Source: Ptychodera flava | Lineage: Eukaryota | Direction of reading: 5' to 3' | NCBI RefSeq assembly: GCF_041260155.1 | Contig: NC_091937.1 | Span: 6,704,626 to 6,768,625, forward strand | Length of the DNA: 64,000 nt | Shown: in pieces, positions 1-12,288 of the stretch | Position numbering within the stretch: the first letter of the stretch is position 1 | Layout of the letters: each line of letters begins with the position of its first letter | Notes under the pieces: model-generated | Database searches by the model: none | The model's input: only the letters and a program-made list of their open reading frames with translations | Told to the model about the DNA's origin: nothing | Translations under genes and position numbers: made by a program

Positions 1-299
1 CAACAAAAGTTCAACTTAATAAATGAATACTGTGTAAACTTCGGGAAAGCGACATAGAAGGCACAAATATCGACAAGCAACGATAAATTTCCTTCATCAC
101 ACAAATACTATTCCGTTGTTTCTCGATCGTAATCAAGCCTAAGCTGTCGAACTGTAGTGTAAACTCTGCAGTGCAGCGCTGTAGAATCTGATGCATTTCG
201 AAAGTTGACTCGGACAACACTCACAACAGAACAGAGTTCCCGTCAAGTAACAAAATTGGGAAGTACCTACGGGCGATATATGTGTCACAGCAAATATCA

Positions 300-700
300 A
301 AGTCCATATGACGAAAACATTGACGACTGAGATGGCCACCGGCGGACGCGCAGTGCATGCCAACTGTACAAGCGTACATTGTGTGTGTACTGTGTCATCG
401 ATCTGAAACTTTCGGGCTCGCCAAGGCCGTAAACTTGTGATATTTTAAAAGCCACAGCATCTGTAAGAGTGATAACTACTGTTTCGATCGTGCCGTTGCA
501 TTCGCTTTATAAATATAATTCTAAATATTCTAAATAACTCAAAATACTATCGTTATCTTTCGCAAGCGCGGTGAAGGCTATGTCCGCCGATGGCAGACTT
601 GCCTTGGCATCGCTCCAGCACGAGACAATGATTGACACGCGCACGTGACCGAATCCGTATGTCTGATTGGTGGAGATACCATTCCATGTATCAAATTTTT
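300..700. promoter_or_regulatory. CpG-rich island in AT-rich context with a TATA-like TATAAATA (508-515), E-box CACGTG (642-647) and inverted CCAAT ATTGG (666-670). It may be a promoter, possibly bidirectional.
   Basis: Local CpG density (e.g. ccggcggacgcgcagtgcatgcc, cgcaagcgcggtgaaggc) is much higher than in flanking DNA. The motifs were read directly. No coding support. Confidence 0.25.
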
Positions 701-789
701 AACTTAATGGGATTTATGAATGAAAGTATACCTGTAAACATTTGTACATCTCCTGGATGACGGACCGCTTTACTCATTAAATGTACCCG
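700..789 (+). other. Candidate non-coding 5' exon ending at a consensus donor (cccg|GTAAGT at 790-795)
   Basis: Perfect GTAAGT donor downstream of the CpG-rich region. The frame that would join to the 2978 exon has a stop (TAA 735-737) and no ATG, so if it is real it is UTR. Confidence 0.15.
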
Positions 790-910
790 GTAAGTAATCC
801 GCGTAAATAAAACACAAAATCGCGATAAACATCATGCAGTTTGTTACAATAATTTTGATCCATCCACATCAAAGAAAAATAAGAAGACTGTTCATGTGAT
901 AAATATATAA

Positions 911-1204
<294 letters not shown>

Positions 1205-1668
1205 CATGCTACCATGCGCCATTCTGATTGGACGAGAGCTCATTCCAGCGATGCTAAAATATTGTTTTAGCACTGATAGCGGTGGTAAAACGGGCCCCTA
1301 AACAAGCATTTTCGAAAATTGCCCAGTCGGTGCATTCGAACGTACACCTGTCTAAACCGTAGACCCTCGAGAAAAACCGAAACAGTCCGCTTTGTTTCAA
1401 AGACGGAAGACCGAATTTTGATACACAGGTAAAGTGTGGGTCTGTAACTCACCTCTTGGTGAAAATAAGCTTGGATCGATGATGAAAGACATCTCTGAAG
1501 CAGCACATTTGGGTGTGATGTACACAATATTATTAGAGCGAGAGCGCACCTTGCACTTTGCTTGATATTGCGGGAGTCGAAACGCGATATATCCTACCGC
1601 TCTTTAAAATAGCGCTAGTATTCATTCGTTCATACACTAATAAATTGACACTTCCTCACAGTAATGGT

Positions 1669-1893
1669 ATGTCAGATAATCTTTACCAAAATTTGGGCTG
1701 TAACAGACCGGGGTGTCCTAACGATGTACCGGTAGACCAAGAAGTTCAAAATAACGATGGGATGACTCCTGGCGACTGCGACGAAATTTCACATAAATGC
1801 AACGAGCAGTGTCAGCGTCCAGCTATCGCTGCATCGGGCAACACACTCTGCAGAACTGCTCATCACAGTTGCAGTCATCGCAAGTCTGGATGA
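1669..1893 (+). CDS. Hypothetical small cysteine-rich ORF (MSDNLYQNLGCNRPGCPNDVPVDQEVQNNDGMTPGDCDEISHKCNEQCQRPAIAASGNTLCRTAHHSCSHRKSG, 75 aa)
   Basis: Open frame with locally raised GC and codon-like composition (CCG GGG TGT CCT AAC GAT GTA CCG). It follows a possible acceptor (ctcacag at 1657-1663). I recognise no family. Confidence 0.15.
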   Translation: MSDNLYQNLGCNRPGCPNDVPVDQEVQNNDGMTPGDCDEISHKCNEQCQRPAIAASGNTLCRTAHHSCSHRKSG

Positions 1894-2395
1894 TTTCAAA
1901 ACTGCTTGTTTTCTGGTACAATTAACGTCCAAATTATCCATCAAATATTGATCCTGTAACCTCACATGCACTGTACCACCTCTGAATGTCGCAACGGCCG
2001 TATACGTGTATGCTGTACAGAATGAGACAAATCTATTTTTAGTATGCCAAAAGTCAGGACAATTATTCTTATGTCAATTTACGAAAAAAATGTTACTTTT
2101 TCTTTTGATTTGAACTCTTGACCCGTTTTCTGTGTCTGCAGCAGGTATTTTTGTATAGTGTTCATGTTCGTGTTGCATGCGAATAAAATGCAATGTTGAT
2201 AAACGTAATTCGTATTTATCGTAGGATACGGTGTGCGTGTACGTAATCCCAACTTATAAAAATGCTCGGTCTCGGGCGCAGAATTTCCGACGTTCGATTT
2301 CTCAGACGTCCGTTTTCTGCATTTCGGGCTCAAAGTGATGAAATTACCCAAGTATGACAACAAAGACACACATACTGATATAAAATAATAGCAAT

Positions 2396-2525
2396 AACCC
2401 CCTCCACAGTCGAGTATCCACTCGATTTTGGTACAATACGCTCCATATAGCACTCGCCTATCGGCTCGTGCTTTATGTCGCGCATTGTACCAAAATCTCG
2501 TGTATACCCTCCTGCGGCGGGGGTT
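2396..2525. repeat. Imperfect inverted repeat (arms ~60 bp: aaccccctccacag...ggtacaatacgc / gcgcattgtacc...ctgcggcgggggtt)
   Basis: The arms are also visible as mirrored ORF-track peptides MLYGAYCTKIEWILDCGGGYC (-) and MLYVAHCTKISCIPSCGGGYC (+). Confidence 0.7.
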
Positions 2526-2531
2526 ATTGCT

Positions 2532-2535
<4 letters not shown>

Positions 2536-2623
<88 letters not shown>

Positions 2624-2650
2624 CCTTTCTTTCTTCTTTCTTTCTTATTC
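2536..2650. repeat. Compound microsatellite: (TA)n, then poly(T) ~25, then (TTTC)n
   Basis: Direct read. Confidence 0.95.
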
Positions 2651-2977
2651 TTCAAAAAATATGTTAAAATACAAGCTTTTTTTTAACCTTCGTATTGTTA
2701 CCAAAGTCATTCTTATCTAGACTAAATATTAGTTGTCAACATTAACATCGGATATAATGTACAGGTAGACTGTGCCAACAACTTGTACGCAAGACACTTG
2801 GGCATATTTTGAGACAATAACAAGAAGCTATTTTATCAACAGATCAAAAATACTGCTCAGGGTTATATGTATCAAAGATCATAGCTGATGATGCTTTTAA
2901 TAACACAAGCTATGATATTGCATATCAAGTAGTAGATATACGATATTGATAATATTGATGATATGGATTGTTTTCAG

Positions 2978-3048
2978 CAGATATTGGGTCGGGAAAGGCC
3001 AGATCTTCAGGTATATTACGAAGATTCGGATCAAGGCTATCAGATACA
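2978..3048 (+). CDS. Internal coding exon (..ADIGSGKARSSGILRRFGSRLSDT) of the large low-complexity-protein gene. Acceptor ttttcag|, donor |GTAAGT at 3049.
   Basis: Consensus splice sites. The ORF-track frame ends in phase 0, compatible with the 8063 exon. All three frames are open, so the frame is assumed and this is the least certain exon. Confidence 0.35.
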
Positions 3049-4359
3049 GTAAGTAATTTCATCAGTTCAATATATGCCATATTTGCCTTTCCAAAATTCT
3101 GCATTCACCGTTTTGATTTTGGAGCAATGAAAGTACTTTTCATGTTTTGATTTTGACTTTTTACAATGTACAAGCTTTTGTTAATGTTTACTAAAAATGC
3201 AAGGGAAAACTGAACAAATGACTCAGAGATGTCTTTAATTGTCTTTTCAAGGAAAAAAGGTTTTTTAATTTTTCTGGTTGACATAACACAAAGATTAGTG
3301 GCCACAATCTCTGTGTGAATTCTATGGGGAAAATTTGAATTAAAAATATGTGTTGGGCAAATACGAGACACTGAAACTTCACTTACTTCAAGAGCTTCAA
3401 AGTGAGGCCTTACAAGTGGTGGACCAGAAAAGTTTTATAAAATGTTGAGAGTCCAAGTATCTGTCACCAAAATGCACTCCTACACTACCATTAACTCTTT
3501 TGTAAGCCCTTTGAATGATGCTACAGCACGATGTCATTGAAAACTTCTGACCTCACTGTGGCAACAGCTGAGCACTGTACTTCTAGAAGCACTGCTTATC
3601 TAATGCTTTATGGAGGGAATATCATGTATATCCAGTGCTGGCTAAAACAGCACCAATTCTAGCTATCTGAAATAGCTTTTGTCTTGTGCTGGAGGTTGGG
3701 GGCAAACTACATGGTATTGAAATGCATTTTGGGTAAAAATCGTTAGCAAGAGTTTTAGATAGTGATCTCATAAATTCTTTGAACACAAATGTGTATCGTT
3801 TTAATGGCAAAAAGTTTGGGTTTTTTGTGGAACCACTAAACTCATTTACCTTGTCATCTTTTTAGGCATTACTGGCATTAAATTTCTGTATAACCTTAAA
3901 CATAACATTTGTAATGTGTGTTTTATGTGTAGAAATCTGCCAAATTTGGCCAATTGCCTGAGACTTGTATGACCCACCTTGGTGGGAAAATTATATTTAG
4001 TTACCGAGAATTGAAGGGCACTTTTTGTAAAGCAGCAGCATAATTGATTCACTTTGATGTATTCCTCCTAGGCTGTCATATTGATCAAACATACTTCAAA
4101 CCTAGGTCCCTCATAAGGGACCATGTTAAAATATTGCATACAGTTGCAAAATTGCAAGCTGAATGTCGATCTGCATGTATAATGATTGTATATACCATCA
4201 TTGGATAGGGTTTGGTGATTTTGTAAACACCAATGCCAAAAAGACTCTGCTGTCTGTAAATATTGAAATAAACTTGGTGAAACAATCAGTAATTGGCCAA
4301 TTATTACTCATGAATATTTATAACCTTCACAAACAGTGTGCGAAATTTAGAGAAAATAG

Positions 4360-4450
4360 CTTCAGGTCATAAGGACCTGCACCGAGCCAAAGCTTCTGGT
4401 CCTCACAGAAAACTGCCGGTCCTCAATGAGGGCACTTGTTAACGACCATT
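4360..4450. repeat. Short dispersed repeat (ggtcataaggac...ccggtcctcaatgag...) with a second copy at 6430-6520
   Basis: Shared blocks ggtcataaggac and cggtcctcaa(t/c)gag read in both places, ~70% identity. Confidence 0.35.
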
Positions 4451-7400
4451 AAAGTCAACTTCTCCACCAATACTATGCTTTCGAATGTTGTAATATTTAA
4501 TTTTCATGTCCTTTTATCAATAGAGTCAGCAAGTATTCACTCCAAAAGACTATTGTTCACATAGATTGCAGAATAGTGTAAGTGAATGATCATGAAATAT
4601 TCATCTACATGATCTGGAATCTGAAAAAGATCACAGTCCTCATCTTCCTCACTGTCATGCACACACATTTATCAATGTTTTCCACCATTTGGGGGACTAT
4701 GGGACTAACAGGAGAATTTGACATTTTTTCTAGCCATGTCAAATCCCCCACTCTCGGACTATAAAATGATGTCAAACACCCAGGGGCCAGGGAATACAGG
4801 CTCATGCACTGGCTACATGTGGCTGATGAAAGCGATAAAGTTTGTCTCTCATGACTGTCTATGGGGAATGGTACGTGTTCTCTACATTGCTGTGTACAAT
4901 TGTACACCACACCAGGGTATGTGATATTGTGATTTGAAAATGGTTGGCGAGCTGAAAATCACTTCTGAAATTTGCCAACGCAAGTGGTAGAAGAGTGCGT
5001 GAATAACTTAGTACCCTGAAAACAGTCATGAGTAAGGGGAGTGTATGAATAAATTTTTTATGCAAACATTGATCACTACAACTTTTTTCTTAATGGAAAA
5101 CAGAAGGAAGAAAATACTTGGTATGGCTTTTGATATGACGTATGGATTACTTTCAAAATTTTTCAAAAAATAAATATGCTTAAATGTGGCCTCTGTTGCA
5201 TTCATGAAGAAACAGATGAAGTTATACTTTTAATTAAAAGGACAAGTATCGTAACTTTTTTCGATTATAAAAATTGCAGACAACATGAATGGCACACGTC
5301 ACCACTTGTGGAAATGAATGCATATTTTCTGATTGAAAAGTTTTGACTGAGCGATTGCTGGGTCTCATCCCCCTTTGAAAGCGTAAAGTTATTAAAATGA
5401 CTCTGAAAAGTTTGACAGACACTCGATACTGCTGAAAACCATCGACACGATCAGTTAATGATACCGTAAAATCTTAAAAGACGTAATTTTTTGCGACATT
5501 TAGGCCTACAGTCCAGGATGACACTGAGTTTTGCCTGTCTGTCGTAAAACGGTATACATCGAAACAATTTGAAGCCCTACTCTCAACCTCTGAGAGTATA
5601 CACGACGGATCGTGCAACTCGACAAAACTGTTAATGATAAGGCCGCTCTGTTTTATAAAATGTACACTTGTTATCACGATATATCATGGTAACAGTCGGT
5701 CTTGTGGACTTTGGTTGAAGACCAACGAATGCAAGCAAGATATTCTAGCGGTCCACAAACAAACGCAGCGAAACGTGAACTTGACTGTCGACTGGCAGGT
5801 AGCACAATTGGGCTGTCGTGTAACATCTAGTCCTTGTATCTGGCGTAGTTCAAAACGATAGAGGTAAAAAAATACCTCCATATTCAAAACCAAATATGTT
5901 TAGCCAACAGCACTGATCTCGTAGTAGGTTTTTGTCTTAAACTCTTCATTGAACCGTTTATGTTTTGAACTCTTCAATGGAATTTACTATGTACATTTGT
6001 GTACACGTAAATTCCGAACACTTAAAGTGTGGAACTAGTGAAGTGATACTGGGTGTTGTTACCATATGACACAGATATGCTAACATTACCAGGGTTACAC
6101 TCACTAGACGATTGTATCACATTGTTGCACCAAAATCAATCCATTCCATTGCTAGAATCTGCATGCACGGACGTAATTCATACTGATCTGAATGCAATTA
6201 GCTGCACCGTGCTATGCGCGTCGATCGGAGGGATTAGTGGCGTACCATAGAGATCGAATTCCCCACCACCAGGATACGAAGTGCGATCAATATCCCTGTT
6301 GCCCCGCACTCCCACGGTGGAAAACATTGATAGGTGCATGACATTCAAGTCTGAATCACATAATTCAGAGTCAGTCATCATCTGCATCTGTTCAGATCTT
6401 GACGGAGAAATTTTTATCATTTATTCCAAATTTCAGTCGGTCATAAGGACTGACATGTTGCTAAAAACTTTCGGCTCAACGAGAAATCTGTCGGTCTCGG
6501 ACCGTCGGACCAACGTTAATTTTGCACACTGTTCACAAATCCCATGGTTTCCTGTCTCCTGGTAGCTGGGAACCTGCCCCAAACAGTGGGAAATAATTAT
6601 CCAAAAGAAAGTAAACCATATTGCATGCTACTATTGCTACATTGCAAAGCATCCTTTGAATGACAACCATTTAGGTAGCTGTGTCTTTTTTCTCCAGCAA
6701 CAGCAACAGTCTTTTTGTGTTCCTGAGAATGCTAAATGCATAATACTTTGCTTACCAAGTCTTTGCATTTCAGACGTCATCAATCTCTATCTATCTCCAT
6801 TCATTCCTCTATCAGTAGACCAAATTTGTGGAGTTGATGAATTGTTAATCACCAATCCAAGTCTTAGAAGTTTATGTATATGGATGTGTACATGGTCATC
6901 TAGAACTGAATAAAGTCTTGTAGATTTGACTTTTTGCAAATAAAAATTTTTAATAATAATTATGCTTTTCCCTTATTAATGCACTGAAATTTCCCAATAA
7001 CGATTGCTTCAGTTTCGTTGCCACTTGTTTTTACAGATGGCCTGTTTCACATTTGTTAAACCTATTTATTTTCTGATGGTGTTTGTCCATTCATTTCAAA
7101 TTTGATTTCCTCTTTTGCTCTGGGGAATTACAGCGCCATGCAGATATATCAAAATGGTGATGAAATTTGTAAATATGTAAAATTTTTGAGCCAATTTTCT
7201 CGTAGTCCATCATAACATTTCCTACCACGTAGCCATGTACCTGACTGCTTTCAACTTTGGCTCGTAGGTTTATTACCTAATTCAGATTTGTTCAAATGAT
7301 GATGGAAATGTGTGTAACAAACTCCTTGTGTCTCATTCTATATCTTACTGGAAACGACATTTTACAAACCACTCAAATGAAAGCTTTCAATCATTTTTCA

Positions 7401-7557
7401 TCTCTTTTTGTAAGCAAACTCTTCATATTTGTCAAAAATCACATGTTTTGACTATGATTCAAGTGATAGCATTCTGCTTAGTATTGAGGTTCCTATGAAT
7501 GAGCTCATCAAGTTAACTTATACTTTCAATTGAATTAAGTCTTTAGGGCTGATTTTC

Positions 7558-7842
7558 TTAAAGGGACAACGTCGGCCATTTTTCATGAATTTTGTTTGAT
7601 ATGAGATACTACTTATATTGTTTGACATGTTGAAAGATACTGAATGAATTGGTGAACATGCATATATTCGACCCCGGTTTTAGACACGAAACCATCGCGA
7701 AAATGAATTAAATATCTAAAACAGGGGTCAAATACATGCATGTTCACCAATTCAATCAGTATCTTTCAACATGTCAAACAATATAAGTAGTATCTCATAT
7801 CAATCAAAATTCATGAAAAATGACTGACTTTGTCCCTTTAAA
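7558..7842. mobile_element. MITE-1 copy 1: a ~285-bp non-autonomous DNA transposon that is almost entirely a ~130-bp terminal inverted repeat (termini ttaaagggacaa(c/a)gtc)
   Basis: The arms are reverse complements along their whole length. Flanks are compatible with a TTAA or TA target duplication (c[ttaa]agggacaa...ttgtccct[ttaa]ac). Confidence 0.8.
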
Positions 7843-8062
7843 CATCTGATACTTCATTTATTTAAACCACCTGATAGTGTGTCATAGTAACAAACATATC
7901 ATCTTTGGTATTAAATTTGCAAGAGCACAATCTGAAAGTTTCATTTAAATTTGGAACAAAGTCCAATTATTGTATATTAATGATAGATCATTATCATTGA
8001 TATTACTGGTAATGCCATAGGTTTTCACCTTATTCTTCATTTTTTTTTCTATTCCATGATAG

Positions 8063-8162
8063 GGTATACGTGATCGTTCAGGGACCAAAAGTGACGATGA
8101 CAAGAAGAGTTCTGACATATTTCACAAGAAATCAGATGTTGGAAAGGCAATTGTGCTTGGAG
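8063..8162 (+). CDS. Coding exon (GIRDRSGTKSDDDKKSSDIFHKKSDVGKAIVLG + 1 nt)
   Basis: Polypyrimidine tract then catgatag| acceptor, and GAG|gtatgc donor. It ends in phase 1, which joins exactly to the AG-start of the next exon to make GAG. Confidence 0.5.
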
Positions 8163-8637
8163 GTATGCCAGAGCTTTCATTTGTGGTTAAAAGATTGTAT
8201 TATAATATGACCTTATACGATAAAACAAGAAAGCGTTTGTGTATACCTGTTGAAATCACCAGGAGTATAATATATATTATAACATACCACACACAAATTT
8301 TTTGCCAAGTTCATAAGAACAAGATCCATGATGAGAAAATGGATAAAGCTAGCTACACTCTAGCTCAAAATATCAACTGGATTAAATATTTCCTTTTTGC
8401 ATTCTATTAGCATATCAATTAGAAAATGTAAGTTCAAGCGAGGATGATAATTGGTGTGCCAAAGATATTTTTGGTGTCTCACCACAAAGAAATTGTTACA
8501 TCAACAACTGCTGTGGAGACCATATTACAATTATTGTACAGTGTGTGCATTTAAGGTAGTATGTGCCTCAACAGTGAGACTCCAACTTCCTCAATGAAAC
8601 TTCCAATCATTATATTACCAAATCAAGAATAAAAATC

Positions 8638-8960
8638 AGGGGTTACCGTGGAAAGTTTTGAACTATAGAAACAAATTGCCCAACATTTACCGATATTTGA
8701 AATTCAAAATGGTTGACATCCCTGTGTTAATTCTATAAGGGGGACAATAACATTTTTTGAATTTAAAAAAAACTAAGAGGGTGAAAATATTTCTCACGCC
8801 AAAAGATTTAAAATGAGCTCCAATAAATGGTAGATCACAAAAGATTTGTAAAAGTTTGAGAGCCAAAATATCAGTCCCTGAGGCACATTCTACCTGAAGC
8901 ATATCAAAAATAAAAGTCATGAACAGAGTAGGCACATGGTATGTTATAGAATACACATTT
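8638..8960 (-). repeat. Interspersed repeat family D (~300 bp, SINE or MITE-like). Further copies at 9300-9560, 10620-10880 and 49190-49470 (+), and partial copies at 10400-10495 and 11925-12035.
   Basis: Shared core ggccattttgaatttcaaatatcggtaa... plus ggggt(t/c)acc(g/a)tggaaa. ORF-track peptides at 8687-8956 (-) and 49194-49496 (+) are similar to each other. Confidence 0.6.
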
Positions 8961-9177
8961 ACCTGGTCTTTATTTTTGCCAAAGCCCTTGTATTACCCTT
9001 TGACAATGTGCATTACCAAAGACAAATTGCTCCTTTTGTTGACTGAAATAATGATGTGTTTCTTATGATGCACAGCCTGTCAGAGCACATTACGTGGTAT
9101 ATCTGTTTAAGATTTTAAGCCAATGAGGGTGCTTAATGGAATACTGAACTGTAAATAAAATGACTACCATTTTAAAG

Positions 9178-10330
9178 AGGGGATGTAGAAGAGCAGGACA
9201 GAATGCTGATTACTTTCTTTACATAAAGAAGATCTGATTTTGTGCCAACACTAACAGGAAAAGTGAATTTTTACCATCTTGATCAACCATAAGCATTTTT
9301 TCCACACAGTGAATAACAAACATAGAATAAATGAGTTTGCCAAAAATGTATCTTCATATTTAAAGTCTTGGGTTCTTTCAGGTACTAAGATTAAACTTTC
9401 CTCGTTCCCTTTCCAAATTGAGATAAAAATTCAGGGGTCACCATGGAAACTTTGCCACTAGAGAAACAAATTGCCTAAAAATTACTGATATTTGAAATTC
9501 AAAATGGGCACCTTCACTGTCTTAACTCTATGGAGAAAAAATAATTTGAGATTTTCAAAACAATGAGACAGTGGAAAATTTTACCTTACAATCTTCAAAA
9601 TAAACCTCCACAAGCTGTAGACCAAAAATGTAGCGCATTCCACTTTTAGGGAAAATAATCTTCAAAGCAAGATAATTTAGTCAAACTTGTAAAAAGAGTA
9701 TCAAAATGTGGTAATAGACATTTAATGTTCAAAAGCAAAAATGGTAGAAAGTAAATAAGATCTGAAAAAGGGATGAATGATGTGAAACACTTCAATTGGC
9801 AAGTAAAAAACAGGATAACTTTGATCTTTGAATGGAAGCTAGCTCTTTCTGTTCCAAAGTTTTGGTCGTTTGGTTTTAACCCCTAAGAACAGGTGTACAA
9901 AGCTTTTCGTGTTTAGCTTCCCTTCAAAAAATAAATTCTTTGTGAAAGAAACATTTGTAAAGTATGAATAATAAGACATTAATATTTTATTCAGCTATAG
10001 AGTCAAATATTTATCAGATTTTTGATTTAAAATCATTAATATTGGTTTTCGTTCTGTAGAGGCTGAAGAGATGTCTGATTCTTCTGAAGAGGACGAGGAA
10101 ATGGGTTTTGGTTTATTCGACGATTCACCTCCACTGCAGCCATTACGTGCTAAAACCAGAGGTATATTTTGCAAGTAGACACAATGCTTTTGATTTTTGG
10201 AAAGAGCCTCTTATAGAAAAAATTTGTTTAAGCATTCAGTGTTTTTGTCCGAAAATGACAACAAAACAAAAAAATAAAATTGATAAGATCACGCTTTCTG
10301 TTGCATAATAAGTAGACTTCATAGATCTTC
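9178..10330 (+). repeat. Copy 1 of a ~1.2-kb tandem segmental duplication (copy 2 is 10497-11740). Each copy contains a family D repeat and one acidic exon.
   Basis: gggatgtagaagagcagga(c/a)(a/g)gaatgctgattactttctttaca... restarts at 10497, and collinear similarity continues through the exon to ttgcata(a)taagtagacttcatagat. Confidence 0.8.
10060..10161 (+). CDS. Acidic exon, copy 1 (E)AEEMSDSSEEDEEMGFGLFDDSPPLQPLRAKTR. Symmetric phase 1-1.
   Basis: Acceptor ttctgtag| and donor AGAG|gtatat. It lies inside copy 1 of a ~1.2-kb tandem duplication, and its paralogue at 11451 differs only by in-frame indels. Confidence 0.6.
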
Positions 10331-10496
10331 ACAGTCTTAGTTTTTGAAAATCAAACTTTTATATTTCCCTATATTAAGTTAAACTGTCTTACTTTTTTGA
10401 AAATCAAAAAATTTATTTGTCCCCACACAGTTAAAACACGGACAGAGGCCATTTTGAATTTTAAATATCGGTTTATTTGAGGTAATTTGATTTTCT

Positions 10497-11740
10497 GGGA
10501 TGTAGAAGAGCAGGAAGGAATGCTGATTACTTTCTTTACACAAGGAAGATCAGATTTTGTGCCAATACCAACCTTAATAGGATAAGTGAATTTTTACCAT
10601 CTTTATCAACCATAAGCATTTTTACATACATTGAATGACAAACCTAGATCAAATGAGTTTGCTACAAATATATCTTCATATTTAAAGTCTTCGGGTCTTT
10701 CAGGTAGTAAGATTAAACTTCACTCATTCCCTTTCCCAATTGAGATAAAAATTCAGGGGTCACTGTGCAAACTTTGCCAGTAGAGAAACAAAGTGTCTAA
10801 AAATTACTGATATTTGAAATTCAAAATGGACACCTTCACTGTCTTAACTCTACGGGGGAAAATTAATTTTAGATTTTAAAAGCAATCAGATAGTGAAAAA
10901 TATCACTCAACAATCCAAAACAATGAGGCTGTGACAAATTTTATTCAACAATCTTCAAAATAAACCAACCTTCATACGTTGTTGACCAAAAATGTATTGC
11001 TAAAATTTGAAAGTTGGAATATCTGTCCCTGTACTATGGGCATTCCTCTTTTAGGGAAAATGAATTTCAGAGCAAGATAATTTAGTGAAACTTGAAAAAG
11101 AGTATTAAAATGTAGTAATAGATATTAAATGTTCAAAAGTAGGCATGGAATAAAGTAAATAAGATCTGAAAAAGGGATTAATGACATGAAACACTTCAGT
11201 TGGCAAGTAAAAAAAGGATAAATTTGATCTTTGAATGTAAGCTAGCTCCTTCTGTTCCAAAGTTTTGTCTGTGTGTTTTAACCCCTAAGAACTTTTCGTG
11301 TATAGTTTCCCTTAAAAAAATAAATTCCTTGTGAAAGAAACATTTGTAGAGATATGGAAAATGAGGCCTTGATATTTTATTCAGCTATAGAGTCAAAGGT
11401 TTATCAGATTTGTGATTTAAAATCATTAATATTGTTTTTTTGTTCAGTAGAGGCTGAAGAGATCTGTGATCCTTTTTTTGAAGATGATGAGGATGAAGAA
11501 GAGGAGGAAGAAATGTGTTTTGGTTTATTTGACGATTCACCTCCACTGCAGCCATTACGTACTGAAACCAGAGGTATATTTTGCAGTTAGAAACAATGCT
11601 TTTGATTTTTGGAAAGGGCCTCATATAGAAAGAAAAATTTAAGCATTCAGTGTTTTTGTCTGAAAATGGCAACAACAAAAAAATGAAATTGATAGGATCA
11701 TGCTTTTTGTTGCATATAAGTAGACTTCATAGATTCATCA
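10497..11740 (+). repeat. Copy 2 of the tandem segmental duplication
   Basis: See copy 1. The copies are ~85-90% identical by eye and are separated by a ~165-bp spacer that carries a partial family D repeat in the opposite orientation. Confidence 0.8.
11451..11573 (+). CDS. Acidic exon, copy 2 (E)AEEICDPFFEDDEDEEEEEEMCFGLFDDSPPLQPLRTETR. Symmetric phase 1-1, a tandem duplicate of 10060-10161.
   Basis: Both splice sites are conserved (ttcagtag| and AGAG|gtatat). The length differs from copy 1 by 21 nt, a multiple of 3, and the frame is conserved. Confidence 0.6.
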
Positions 11741-12288
11741 TTGTGCAAATCCTGTACCTACCATTCATCCAGTAAACAGACTAAGAGATTGTGAAAATTT
11801 AAGGAAGAATGCACATTTGGGACAGATATTTGGAGTCATAACATTTTATAATTCTTTTCTGATCTAGTGCTTGTAGGGACTCATTTTAAAGCTGTCAGAG
11901 CAAGATAAATTTTATTCAGTCTTATTTTTTTGAAAATCAAAAGTTTTATTTGTCCCCATAGACTACAATGATGGTGGCCATTTTGAATTTTAAATATCAG
12001 TAAATTTGAGGTACCGGTAATTTGATTATCTGGTACCAAAATTTGCCAAGTGACTCTTAATTTTTATTCATGACTTTGAACAAGAATGGTTAGATGTATC
12101 CTTGAGGAAAGTTTAAGCAAAGTCAAGTTAATCAATATAGAGGAGCATACTACCTTAACACTGGTGAATATTTTCCATTTTATCGCCGGCTTGCACTAAT
12201 TTGCAGAACAGAATGAGCAGAACGGAACAGAATGCAACGGATTAGCCACACTAGATAAAAAATTTGTTTCTTTCATTTCTTTTTTGTT

